NCBI GenBank assembly: GCA_034669905.1
Contig: JAXMOL010000039.1
Span: 15,354-79,353 of the forward strand
DNA length: 64,000 nt
Source of the DNA: Candidatus Hydrogenedentota bacterium
Lineage (GTDB): Bacteria; Hydrogenedentota; Hydrogenedentia; Hydrogenedentales; JAEUWI01
Reading direction: 5' to 3'
A program made the translations under genes and the position numbers. Shown here piece by piece: positions 9,097-18,348 of this stretch (position 1 is its first letter; each line of letters starts with the position of its first letter). The notes under the pieces were generated by a model. It had not been told where the DNA came from, did no database searches, and saw only the letters and a program-made list of their open reading frames with translations.

Positions 9097-10002
9097 ATGG
9101 CGCCCTCCGCCGCTCCCCAGAAGTTCACGGTTGGCCTGCTCCAATTGCAGGTAGGCCCCGACCCGGACGCCAATACGAAGAATGCCCTCCAGTGGCTCGA
9201 AAAGGCCGCTGCCCAGGGGGCCCAGGTGGTCTGTCTGCCGGAGTTGTACCGCAGTCAGTATTTCTGCCAGAAGGAAGATGTGGACCTCTTCGAATTGGCG
9301 GAGCCCATCCCCAACGAGAGCATCGAAGCCTTCCAATCGGCGGCTGCCCGGCTGGCCGTTGCGGTTCTGGTGCCCGTTTTCGAGCGTCGGGCCGCTGGGG
9401 TCTATCACAACAGCCTCGTCTGTATTGACGCCGATGGCACCCTCGTGGGCATCTACCGGAAGATGCACATCCCCGATGACCCGGCCTACTATGAGAAATT
9501 CTACTTCGCACCCGGTGACCTGGGCTTCAAGAACTTTGACACCCGCTATGGACGGGTGGGCACCCTCATCTGCTGGGACCAGTGGTATCCGGAAGGCGCC
9601 CGTCTTACGGCGCTCCGGGGGGCATCCATCTTGTTTTACCCCACGGCTATCGGCTGGCACCCCTACGAAAAAGAGCAGTACGGTGCGGCCCAGCGCGATG
9701 CCTGGATGACGGTCCAACGGGGCCACGCCATTTCCAACGGTATCTATGTGGCCGCGGCCAATCGCGTCGGCTTCGAGCAGCCCGTGGCCGAACAGGCGGG
9801 CATTGAGTTCTGGGGCTCATCGTTTATCGCCGATCCCCAGGGCGTCATCATTGCCGAAGCCAGCACGGACAACGAAGAAGTGCTTCTTGCGGAAGTGGAC
9901 CTCGCCCACCTGGAAAACATCCGGCGCAATTGGCCCTTTCTGCGGGACCGGCGCATTGATGCCTATGGCGACATCACCCGCCGCTTTATTGACGAGTCCT
10001 AG
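9097..10002 (+). CDS. aguB: N-carbamoylputrescine amidase (nitrilase/CN-hydrolase family)
   Basis: CLPEL, YRKMHIPDDPAYYEKFYF, LICWDQWYPE (E-K-C triad), WPFLRDRR; adjacent to agmatine deiminase. Confidence 0.9.
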   Translation: MAPSAAPQKFTVGLLQLQVGPDPDANTKNALQWLEKAAAQGAQVVCLPELYRSQYFCQKEDVDLFELAEPIPNESIEAFQSAAARLAVAVLVPVFERRAAGVYHNSLVCIDADGTLVGIYRKMHIPDDPAYYEKFYFAPGDLGFKNFDTRYGRVGTLICWDQWYPEGARLTALRGASILFYPTAIGWHPYEKEQYGAAQRDAWMTVQRGHAISNGIYVAAANRVGFEQPVAEQAGIEFWGSSFIADPQGVIIAEASTDNEEVLLAEVDLAHLENIRRNWPFLRDRRIDAYGDITRRFIDES

Positions 10003-10007
10003 GGCCC

Positions 10008-11039
10008 ATGGATAGCGCCCGACGTCTCCCAGCGGAATGGGAAGAGCATTATGCGACCCTCCTGGCCTGGCCCCTGAACAAGGCCGATTGGCCCGGGAAG
10101 TTTCAACCCATCCCCTGGGTTTTTGCCGAGATGATCCGCCAGTTGAGCGTGGGGGAGCGGGTGGATCTCATCGTGCCCAATGGCTGTCTCGAAGAAAAGG
10201 CCCGCCGGACCCTGTCTAAGGCCCACGCCAATCTGGATAACCTTCGTTTTCTTCATCACGCCCTCGACCGGGGATGGATGCGGGATTGCAGTCCTGCTTT
10301 TGTGCGCTGTGGTGAGGAAGTCGAAGCGGTGCATTTTGGCTTTAACGCCTGGGCGAAATACAACGACTATGCCCGTGATGCCACCGTGCCAACCTTCCTT
10401 GCGGAAGTAGATGAGATGTCTTGTGTGCCCGCCATGCACGGGGAGCACCACGTGGTTTTGGAGGGGGGCGCCATCGACGGGAATGGTGCGGGCACGCTGC
10501 TCACGACCGAAGAATGTCTCCTGCACCCAGATACCCAGGTGCGTAATCCAGGCTTTACGCGGGAAGACTACGAGGCGGTGTTTCAGAAGTATCTGGGTAT
10601 TGAAAAGGTCCTGTGGCTGGGAGAGGGTATCGCGGGGGATGACACCCACGGCCATGTGGATGATCTCTGTCGTTTTGTAAATGAATCGACGGTGGTGCTG
10701 TGCCAGGAGCCCAATGAGCACGACGCCAATCATCGGGCCCTCGCGGAGAATCGGGAGCGCCTGGAAGGGGCGACGACGGCCACCGGTGCCGCTATCGAGG
10801 TGGTGGGGCTCCCCATGCCAGCACCCCTCTATTTTGACGGCACCCGTCTCCCGGCGAGCTATGCGAATTTTTACATCGGGAACGAAGTGGTCCTGGTGCC
10901 GACCTTCAACGACGTGCAGGACTACCGTGCGTTGGGTATCCTCGCGGAGCTCTTCCCCGACCGCCGTGTTCTCGGGATCCACGCGGTGGATTTGGTCTGG
11001 GGCTTTGGTACGGTGCACTGCCTGAGCCACGAGCGCTAG
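10008..11039 (+). CDS. aguA: Agmatine deiminase (PPAD family)
   Basis: LPAEWE, WMRD, LEGGAI, DDTHGHVD, ASYANFY, GTVHCLS. Confidence 0.93.
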   Translation: MDSARRLPAEWEEHYATLLAWPLNKADWPGKFQPIPWVFAEMIRQLSVGERVDLIVPNGCLEEKARRTLSKAHANLDNLRFLHHALDRGWMRDCSPAFVRCGEEVEAVHFGFNAWAKYNDYARDATVPTFLAEVDEMSCVPAMHGEHHVVLEGGAIDGNGAGTLLTTEECLLHPDTQVRNPGFTREDYEAVFQKYLGIEKVLWLGEGIAGDDTHGHVDDLCRFVNESTVVLCQEPNEHDANHRALAENRERLEGATTATGAAIEVVGLPMPAPLYFDGTRLPASYANFYIGNEVVLVPTFNDVQDYRALGILAELFPDRRVLGIHAVDLVWGFGTVHCLSHER

Positions 11040-11220
11040 GGGATTGGCGCGAAGAATTCCTTCCCGGGGAGTCTGTGGCGCGCGCATCGAATCCAGATAG
11101 GGTCAGTAGCCGCCTTGGGTACTTCGCCTCCCAACGGGCCTTCCCTTGTCTGCTTTCCGGAATTCCTTTATTATCGGGGGGACGAAATCGCGGCCAGTTT
11201 TTCAATTTGAAGGTTTTACT

Positions 11221-12597
11221 ATGTTTCGGGCTCTCCCCCTTGTATTGCTCCTCACTCTTTTTCTCAACGGTCTACAGGACGCCACGGCGGAGGCGGCCCT
11301 CCGACTTGGGGTCTTCAACGTCGATGTCTCGCCTCCCATCGGAAGTCCGGTGGCCTATGTGGACGCCAAAGAAATTGTCGATCCCCTGAGTGCCCGGGGC
11401 GTCGTGCTCCTCTCCGGCGAACGTCCCATCGTATTGTGCGCCGTGGACTTCATCGGTATCGGCAATGAAGGACAGGACGCCTGGAAAAAGGCCCTGGCGG
11501 AAGCGGCGGGCACCACGCCAGACCATGTTTCGGTCCATGCACTCCACCAGCATGACGGCCCCCGATGCGATTTGACCACTGAGCGCCTTATGGAAGCACA
11601 TGGTCTGGGCGGAACGCGTTTTGACAACGTCTACCTTCTCGACGCCATTGCCCGTACCGCCAAGGCGGTGGGGGAGGCAGTGGTGAATGCTGAGCCCTTG
11701 ACCCATGTGGGGTCGGGGCAGGCCACGGTTGAGAAAGTCGCGTCCAGCCGACGTATCCTCGGCGAAGACGGCAAAGTTAAGAAGGTGCGTTATAGCGCCT
11801 CGAAGGACCCCGAGGCCATCGCGGCCCCCGAAGGTACTATCGACCCATGGTTGAAGAGCGTCAGTTTCTGGAATGAAGACAAGGCCCTGGCGGTTATTTC
11901 CTTTTATGCGACCCATCCCCAGAGTCACTACGGCAAGGGCGGCGTGACCTGCGAATTTGTAGGGATCGCCCGCAACGCCCGTGAAGCCAAGTCGGGCGTG
12001 CCCCACATTTATTTCACGGGCGCCGGCGGCAATGTGGCAGCAGGAAAATACAACGACGGTGCGCCCGAAACCCGGCCCATACTCGCCGCGCGGATCGAAG
12101 CCGGCATGAAAGCCGCCTGGGAAGCCACCGAGAAAAACCCGATAGAGAAATCGATGATCGAGTGGCGCACCCGGTATGCCGCGCTGCCCATCGCCGAGCA
12201 TCTTGTGGAAAAGGACTTGATGGCCGAGCTCGCTGACACCACGCGCAAGGCGAACGACCGCTTCCGAGCCGCGGACCGGCTCGCCTGGATCCAGCGGAGC
12301 AAAGCGGGTATTGGCGTGACCGTTTCTGCCCTGCGGCTGGGAAAGATTTGGTTGTTGAACATGCCGGGTGAACTCTTTGTCGAGTACCAGCTCGCTGCCC
12401 AGGACATGAGGCCAGACGAGATCGTTTGCCTTGCCGCCTACGAAGACTACGGCGCCGGCTACATTGGAACGGAAATCGCCTATGGACAGGGAGGATATGA
12501 GACCAGCAAGCGGACGGCCAAGGTGGCACCCAGCGTGGAGAAGGTGCTTATGGATGCGATGAAAGAGGTGTTGGCGGATGCGAAGCCCAAGGAGTGA
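11221..12597 (+). CDS. Secreted neutral/alkaline ceramidase-like hypothetical protein
   Basis: Signal peptide; DPLSARGVVL, LHQHDGP, YATHPQS, TGAGGNV, MPGELFVEYQL, GYIGT..AY..GGYE. Confidence 0.7.
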   Translation: MFRALPLVLLLTLFLNGLQDATAEAALRLGVFNVDVSPPIGSPVAYVDAKEIVDPLSARGVVLLSGERPIVLCAVDFIGIGNEGQDAWKKALAEAAGTTPDHVSVHALHQHDGPRCDLTTERLMEAHGLGGTRFDNVYLLDAIARTAKAVGEAVVNAEPLTHVGSGQATVEKVASSRRILGEDGKVKKVRYSASKDPEAIAAPEGTIDPWLKSVSFWNEDKALAVISFYATHPQSHYGKGGVTCEFVGIARNAREAKSGVPHIYFTGAGGNVAAGKYNDGAPETRPILAARIEAGMKAAWEATEKNPIEKSMIEWRTRYAALPIAEHLVEKDLMAELADTTRKANDRFRAADRLAWIQRSKAGIGVTVSALRLGKIWLLNMPGELFVEYQLAAQDMRPDEIVCLAAYEDYGAGYIGTEIAYGQGGYETSKRTAKVAPSVEKVLMDAMKEVLADAKPKE

Positions 12598-12637
12598 AGG
12601 GCTGACGGGCCCATTGAGACAGGAAAAGGGGTGCAGA

Positions 12638-13546
12638 ATGCCGCACAACAGGATGGCTCCATCGAGACGGACGGGGCTTTGGGGCCTCGCCCTGCTCCTT
12701 GTTTCGGCGATTGCACAGGGGGCTCCAGGGGCCCCTGGAGCCGACTGGCCCGAGTCCATCGCGACCCGGGTCGGTACGCTATCGGTCCGTTTCGAAAGCC
12801 GTTCTTTCTGGACCCTCTACCGCATCGATCACGAGGACGTGCGCCTCGGTCTTGATACGTGGGGGAGCCACTATGGCAGCGTAGCGAAGTTTCCCGGAGT
12901 GGGCTTCATCGGGAGTGGACATACCGAGAATGAAGACGAAGTGTTGGAGTCCCTGGCCTTCTATGTGGACGGCGCAACGGTACCGGTGCCGTCGGATGTG
13001 CCATCAGCCCAGTCGGTACGTCTGGAAAAGTGTTCCCGACTGCGCACCCTTCAACTCCATACGGTCGTGACGGTCTTGCCCGACCGCATCTATGAGTCTG
13101 TCTCGGTGACAGCCACGGAAGATACACCGTTGGAACTTATGTATCATTTCATGCACCCGTGGGACCCGGCAATGACCCACTACGTAGGCGAACAGAGCAA
13201 CGGAACGGTGCTGCGGGGTACCTTTGATAACGACAAAAAGCAGGAATTAGATGTGCCTACGGCGTGGTCCGCCGTATACAACGAAGCGCAGGAACGGGGC
13301 GCCCTTACGGTGGTTCTGGAGGCTCCAGATCAGGATTGGCGGACCCGGTACTGGGACGTCCCCAAGCGCTATCGAAAGCACTATTTTACGACCTTCTTGG
13401 CGGGGGCTGTCCTGGCCGGAACGCGCTATGACTACCGTATCGTTACGATTCCCTTTCAGGCGGACACAGGCGATTGGGAAAATCGTGCCCGTAAACTGGC
13501 CGAGGAGGCACGTGAGACTGCTCGTAAGAATAGGGTATCATATTGA
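12638..13546 (+). CDS. Secreted hypothetical protein
   Basis: Long ORF with signal-like N-terminus; no recognised motif. Confidence 0.7.
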   Translation: MPHNRMAPSRRTGLWGLALLLVSAIAQGAPGAPGADWPESIATRVGTLSVRFESRSFWTLYRIDHEDVRLGLDTWGSHYGSVAKFPGVGFIGSGHTENEDEVLESLAFYVDGATVPVPSDVPSAQSVRLEKCSRLRTLQLHTVVTVLPDRIYESVSVTATEDTPLELMYHFMHPWDPAMTHYVGEQSNGTVLRGTFDNDKKQELDVPTAWSAVYNEAQERGALTVVLEAPDQDWRTRYWDVPKRYRKHYFTTFLAGAVLAGTRYDYRIVTIPFQADTGDWENRARKLAEEARETARKNRVSY

Positions 13547-13755
13547 ATTCTGGCCAGTGCTGTGCCACCATACGGGAAGCGGCATCGAGCACCCGGGTGT
13601 TCGACTGTTTGATGGCGAATTCAACTATCCACAACGGTGGCCCCGTTTCATGAGCAGCACTTCTTTGGTGGTGTGTCTACGCGTTCAATAAAGACTTAGC
13701 GGAAACTTCTGTCATCTGGATCGGGAATGGGTGAGGATGCCTGGTTGAAGGTGCG

Positions 13756-16056
13756 ATGAAGAACATAGATGAGGAAAGCCTGTCGGCCCCCGGTGAATCG
13801 CGTGGGAGCCGTGACATGCTCGTGCTGTCTGGCGCGCTTCTGGCCGTTTGTTGGACCCTCTCGCTGGTGGGTGCCGTCTGGTCCTGGGAACTCAATCGGG
13901 AGGAAGGACGCCTTCTTTTCGAACGGCGGGCAGACCGGTTGGTTGCAGAAATTCAACGGCGCGTGAGCCTCCCCGTATATGGCCTCATGGGCGCACGTGG
14001 ACTCTATCGTGCAAGCAAGGACGTGACGCGGAAGGAATACACGGCCTATGTCGATTCCCGCAATCTGAATATCGAATTTCCCGGGGCCATTGGGTTTGGG
14101 GTTATTGAGCGGGTGAAGCGCAATGACCTGGAAGACTTTGTGGCGCGGGAGCGTGCCGATGATGCCCCGGAGTTCTCCGTGAAGCCACCGGGCGACTCGG
14201 AAGATCTCTACGTTATCAAGACGATTGAACCGCAGGAAACCAATGCGGCGGCGTGGGGCTTTGATATCGGATCCGAGGCGCGCAGGCGGGAGGCCGTAGA
14301 GACTGCCATTCGCACCGGAGAGGCCACCATGACCGCCCGTATCGATCTGGTGCAGGACGATCTCAATCTCTCGGGGTTTCTTTTCCTGTTGCCGGTCTAC
14401 AAAGACGGTACGTCGCCGAAGACGCCGGAAGAACGAATGGCCATGCTGGAAGTCGTGGTCTACGCCCCGATTATTATTGAGCACGCGTTCGTGGGTATCG
14501 CGCGCTACACCGAAGACCTTCTGCAATTCGACGTCTACGACAGTCAGCCAGGGGGAGGCGGTGAGGCGCTCTTTGACTTTGATGCTCACCTCTACGATGT
14601 GACGGGACTCCATGTAGAGGCGGCTGGTCGGGGCGGGCTTTATCGAACGGTAAAGGAAGTGACCGTTGGAGGACGGATCTGGACCCTTGACGTCGTCTCT
14701 ACCGCGCGCTTCGACGGTACCATCGACCAGATTGCTCCTGCGGTGATAGGGGGCGGGGGCATGTTGCTGAGCATCATGCTCGCCGCCGTGGTGTGGGCCA
14801 TGGGCAGTAGCCGAATGCGTGCCCTCCGCCTTGCCCGGTCCATGACCCGGGACTTGGCCGATGCGAAGTTTCGGGCCGACGCCGCCAATCAGGCGAAGTC
14901 GGAATTCCTGGCAAATATGAGCCACGAAATTCGGACACCCCTGACAGCCATCTTAGGCTATGCCGCCTTGCTCCGTGAGGAGGAGGCAGGCGGGGTCCGT
15001 ACGCCACGTCATGAGGAAGCGCTTGATACGATTCACAGCGCCGGAGAGCATTTGCTTCAGGTTATCAACGATATCCTCGATCTGACCAAAATCGAGGCGG
15101 GGAAATTGAATATCGAGTCCGTGGAAATCTCGTTGGTGCACCTGCTCACCGATATCGAGGGGCTTATGCGTCAACGTGCGGCCGTGGGCCATATCGCCAT
15201 GAAGACCACCTTCCTCAGCCCGGTTCCCGAACGTATCCTCAGTGACCCCACCCGACTACGCCAGATTCTGGTGAATCTAATCGGCAATGCCGTGAAGTTT
15301 ACGACCGAAGGCGAGATCAATATTCGCATTGCGCAACTCGAAAAGTATGGCCGCGCCCTTCTCCGCGTAGAAATTGAAGATACGGGCGTTGGCATGGATG
15401 AGGCCCAGGCCGCCCTGCTCTTTGAGCCCTTTACCCAGGCGGATAATTCCGTTACCCGGAAACACGGCGGCACGGGACTCGGACTCGCCATCAGTCGTCG
15501 TCTGGCCCAGAAGATGGGTGGGGACGTACGGTTGGAAAAGACCGCTCCGGGTGTAGGCTCTACCTTCGTGGCGGAAGTGCCGCTGGTGCCCGTCCCGAAC
15601 ACGCCGCTGACCCGTGCCTTGCGAACAGCTCCGAAGGCTGAAACTCCCGAGCTGACGGAAGAGTCGGAGAACATGACGGTCAAGGGCACCATTCTGATCG
15701 CGGAAGACAACGCCGTCAATCAACGGCTTATCGAGTTTCACTTAAAACGTGCCGGGGCAAAAACGGTGGTGGCGAGCCACGGGCGGGAGGCCTTGGATAT
15801 TCTGCTGGCTGCCCAGCCGGGGGAATTCGGGCTCCTGTTAACGGATATGCAGATGCCGGAAATGGACGGGTATACCCTGGCCGCAGAGCTCCGCAAGCGG
15901 GGTTTTACACTGCCCATCATAGCCCTTACCGCCCATGCCATGGCCGAAGATCGAAAGAAATGTCTGGATGCCGGCTGCAGCGACTACGTAACGAAACCAA
16001 TTGACCGTTCGATTCTAATCAAGACTTGTCAGAAATGGCTGGAAACATCGGCGTGA
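13756..16056 (+). CDS. CHASE-domain hybrid sensor histidine kinase with receiver domain
   Basis: TM-CHASE-TM; H-box FLANMSHEIRTPL; NLIGNAVKFT, DTGVG, GGTGLGL; receiver IAEDN..LTDMQMP..KP. Confidence 0.95.
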   Translation: MKNIDEESLSAPGESRGSRDMLVLSGALLAVCWTLSLVGAVWSWELNREEGRLLFERRADRLVAEIQRRVSLPVYGLMGARGLYRASKDVTRKEYTAYVDSRNLNIEFPGAIGFGVIERVKRNDLEDFVARERADDAPEFSVKPPGDSEDLYVIKTIEPQETNAAAWGFDIGSEARRREAVETAIRTGEATMTARIDLVQDDLNLSGFLFLLPVYKDGTSPKTPEERMAMLEVVVYAPIIIEHAFVGIARYTEDLLQFDVYDSQPGGGGEALFDFDAHLYDVTGLHVEAAGRGGLYRTVKEVTVGGRIWTLDVVSTARFDGTIDQIAPAVIGGGGMLLSIMLAAVVWAMGSSRMRALRLARSMTRDLADAKFRADAANQAKSEFLANMSHEIRTPLTAILGYAALLREEEAGGVRTPRHEEALDTIHSAGEHLLQVINDILDLTKIEAGKLNIESVEISLVHLLTDIEGLMRQRAAVGHIAMKTTFLSPVPERILSDPTRLRQILVNLIGNAVKFTTEGEINIRIAQLEKYGRALLRVEIEDTGVGMDEAQAALLFEPFTQADNSVTRKHGGTGLGLAISRRLAQKMGGDVRLEKTAPGVGSTFVAEVPLVPVPNTPLTRALRTAPKAETPELTEESENMTVKGTILIAEDNAVNQRLIEFHLKRAGAKTVVASHGREALDILLAAQPGEFGLLLTDMQMPEMDGYTLAAELRKRGFTLPIIALTAHAMAEDRKKCLDAGCSDYVTKPIDRSILIKTCQKWLETSA

Positions 16057-16211
16057 CGATTGGGCTCGGTCTGAATCGGCACTACCCTCACTTTTTTCGG
16101 AATTCACTTGATTGGCGGGTGGATTTATGATTAGATGCTTCTTTCTGGTTCCGTGTCGGTGCGGTACTTACCGTCACGCGGTTCCGATTAATTGTTTACT
16201 TGGGAGAATTC

Positions 16212-17339
16212 ATGATGCGTAGCGGTCTCTTCGGTTGGGTAGCTTGGGGTATGGTGATGGCGGGTATGGGCAGTTTGTCTGCCGGGGCCGCCGTGCACGC
16301 GGTCTACGTGGGTACCTACACCCAGGGCGAAAGCGAGGGGATTTACCGCCTCGAATTCGACGATGAGACCGGTGCCCTCACGCACAAGGGGCTGGCGGGT
16401 GCCATCGAGAATCCCTCCTTTCTAGCGATTCATCCCAGTGCACCAGTGCTCTATGCCGCCGCCCGAAAAGGTGATGCCCAGGTGGTCGCAGCCTTCCGGA
16501 TTGAAGCCGATTCGGGACTGCTCACGCCTCTCAATGAACAACCCGCCGGGGGCAATGGCCCCTGTCACGTGGCGGTGACGCCCGACGGTAAGCATGCCGC
16601 CGTGGCCAACTATGGTGACGGTACCGTTTCGGTCTATCCCCTCGAAAAAGAGGGAGGGCTGGGCACCGCGTCCGCCTTCTTCCAGCACACGGGTTCGAGT
16701 GCGGACCCCAAGCGCCAAACGGCACCCCATGCCCACTCAGTAAACTTTGATGAGACAGGCCGCTACCTGGTGGTGGCCGATCTGGGTATCGACAAGCTCA
16801 TGGTCTACAAGCGGGAAGGGGGTACCTTTGTGCCCAACGACCCGGCCTATGGCGAAGTGGCCCCCGGCGCGGGACCCCGCCATTTTGCCTTCCACCCGAC
16901 CCGTCCCTATGCCTACGTGGTCAATGAGATGGGCAACACGGTCACGGCGTTCCGCTGGGATGAGAAAACGGGTACCCTCGCCGACAACGGCTCCGTTGGC
17001 ACCCTGCCGGAAGGCTTCGAAGGGGTTAATCACACGGCCGATATCGAAGTCCACCCGTCTGGAAAGTTTGTCTTCGCCTCGAACCGTGGGGATGACAGTA
17101 TCGCGGCCTTCGCGGTGGATGAATCCAATGGCAAGCTCGCACCCCTCGGCCAGACCAAGAGTGGGGGCGTACGCCCGAGAAACTTCACCCAGTCGCCCAA
17201 CGGTAAATTCCTGCTGGCCGCCCACCAGGATACGAACGACATTTTTGTCTTCGCTATCAACCCCGATACCGGCGAACTGACGCCTACCGGTGCCAAGGTA
17301 GACGTGCCAGCCGCCGTATGCCTGGTCTTCGCGAAGTAG
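16212..17339 (+). CDS. pgl: Lactonase family beta-propeller (6-phosphogluconolactonase-like), exported
   Basis: VYVGTYT, NPSFL, GPCHV, VANYGDG, HAHSV, ADLGID, GPRHFAFHP, SNRGDDSI, PRNF. Confidence 0.85.
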   Translation: MMRSGLFGWVAWGMVMAGMGSLSAGAAVHAVYVGTYTQGESEGIYRLEFDDETGALTHKGLAGAIENPSFLAIHPSAPVLYAAARKGDAQVVAAFRIEADSGLLTPLNEQPAGGNGPCHVAVTPDGKHAAVANYGDGTVSVYPLEKEGGLGTASAFFQHTGSSADPKRQTAPHAHSVNFDETGRYLVVADLGIDKLMVYKREGGTFVPNDPAYGEVAPGAGPRHFAFHPTRPYAYVVNEMGNTVTAFRWDEKTGTLADNGSVGTLPEGFEGVNHTADIEVHPSGKFVFASNRGDDSIAAFAVDESNGKLAPLGQTKSGGVRPRNFTQSPNGKFLLAAHQDTNDIFVFAINPDTGELTPTGAKVDVPAAVCLVFAK

Positions 17340-17405
17340 CTGGGCGGTTGCTTTATGGTGGGGATAGTTATGGTTTAGAAAGCGTACGCGACTTTCAGAA
17401 GATTG

Positions 17406-17433
17406 CCAAAGTGGGTTAGGCATCCTGCCTGAC
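17406..17433 (+). repeat. REP sequence, variant A (upstream of RAYT)
   Basis: CCAAA-GTGG-GTTAGGCA-TCC-TGCCTGAC, identical to copies at 18349, 18655 and 18962. Confidence 0.9.
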
Positions 17434-17606
17434 TAAAAATCCACGACACGTGTCGATGTAGACTAGCGGTCAATCACGTGGACTCGGAGATCGAGGAAGG
17501 TGGCGGGGAGGCCGCCTGACCCACGTTGACGTCCATTCTCAAGCGCTGTTTCGAGCGTAGGAATGCTCAAATACGGTGATATGGTGCCCGTCGGCGGCAG
17601 GAGCCA

Positions 17607-18281
17607 TTGAACAGCGATTCAATAGAGGAGTCCGAGCCGAGTCCAGAGTCTGATTCGCCTTTTCTGCGCCGAGACTCGCCTGTACGCAAAGATCGACGAC
17701 ATCTTCCTCATTGGCGTCTAAGCGGTTCCTTCAACTATGTGACGTGGCGACTCGCTGACTCCTTGCCCCAGGAGAAGTTCAAGGCTTGGGCGGAGCTAAA
17801 ACGTCTCTGGCTGCAGAAGAACCCCAAACCATGGGATACGCAGACCGCAGCCGAGTACGGCGAGCGCTTTCCCAAGCGGCTTGAAACATGGTTGGACGCG
17901 GGTTATGGCGCGTGTTTTTTGCGCAAACCGGAATGCGGCCGCATTGTTGCCAACGCGTTTCATTATTTTGATGGCGAGCGTTACGACCTGGCTTCCTTCG
18001 TCATCATGCCCAACCACGTACACGCCCTCTTTCAACTGCGAAGTGGATGGGAGATAGAAGATGTCAGCCATTCGGTGAAGAGTTACACCGCCAATGAAAT
18101 CAACAAGGTACTCGGGCGTCAGGGTGCGCTCTGGCAGCAAGAGGGATTTGACCACCTCCTGCGCGGTGTGTCTCACTTGGATCGGTGTCTTTCGTATATC
18201 CGAAACAACCCCACTGCAGCCCACCTGAAGACCGACGAGTATGTCTTCTATGAAGCGCCGGGTTTTGCAGATCTCCTGTGA
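17607..18281 (+). mobile_element. REP-associated tyrosine transposase (RAYT/TnpA-REP, HUH Y1 family)
   Basis: RRHLPHW..YVTWRLADSLP N-terminus, HUH motif IMPNHVH, WQQEGFDH, catalytic YIRNNP; flanked by REP hairpins; no tnpB. Confidence 0.9.
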
Positions 18282-18348
18282 TTCTCGACACCTGGCTTAC
18301 CATAGATGATTGGAGGGTGCGATGTGGTGCAGGGAAATCGAAGGTGTA

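Noticed and set aside
17607..18281. Ordinary IS200/IS605 insertion sequence
   Set aside because: No tnpB, the protein is longer with a RAYT-like N-terminus, and it is flanked by multiple REP copies rather than single left and right end hairpins; phylogeny still needed
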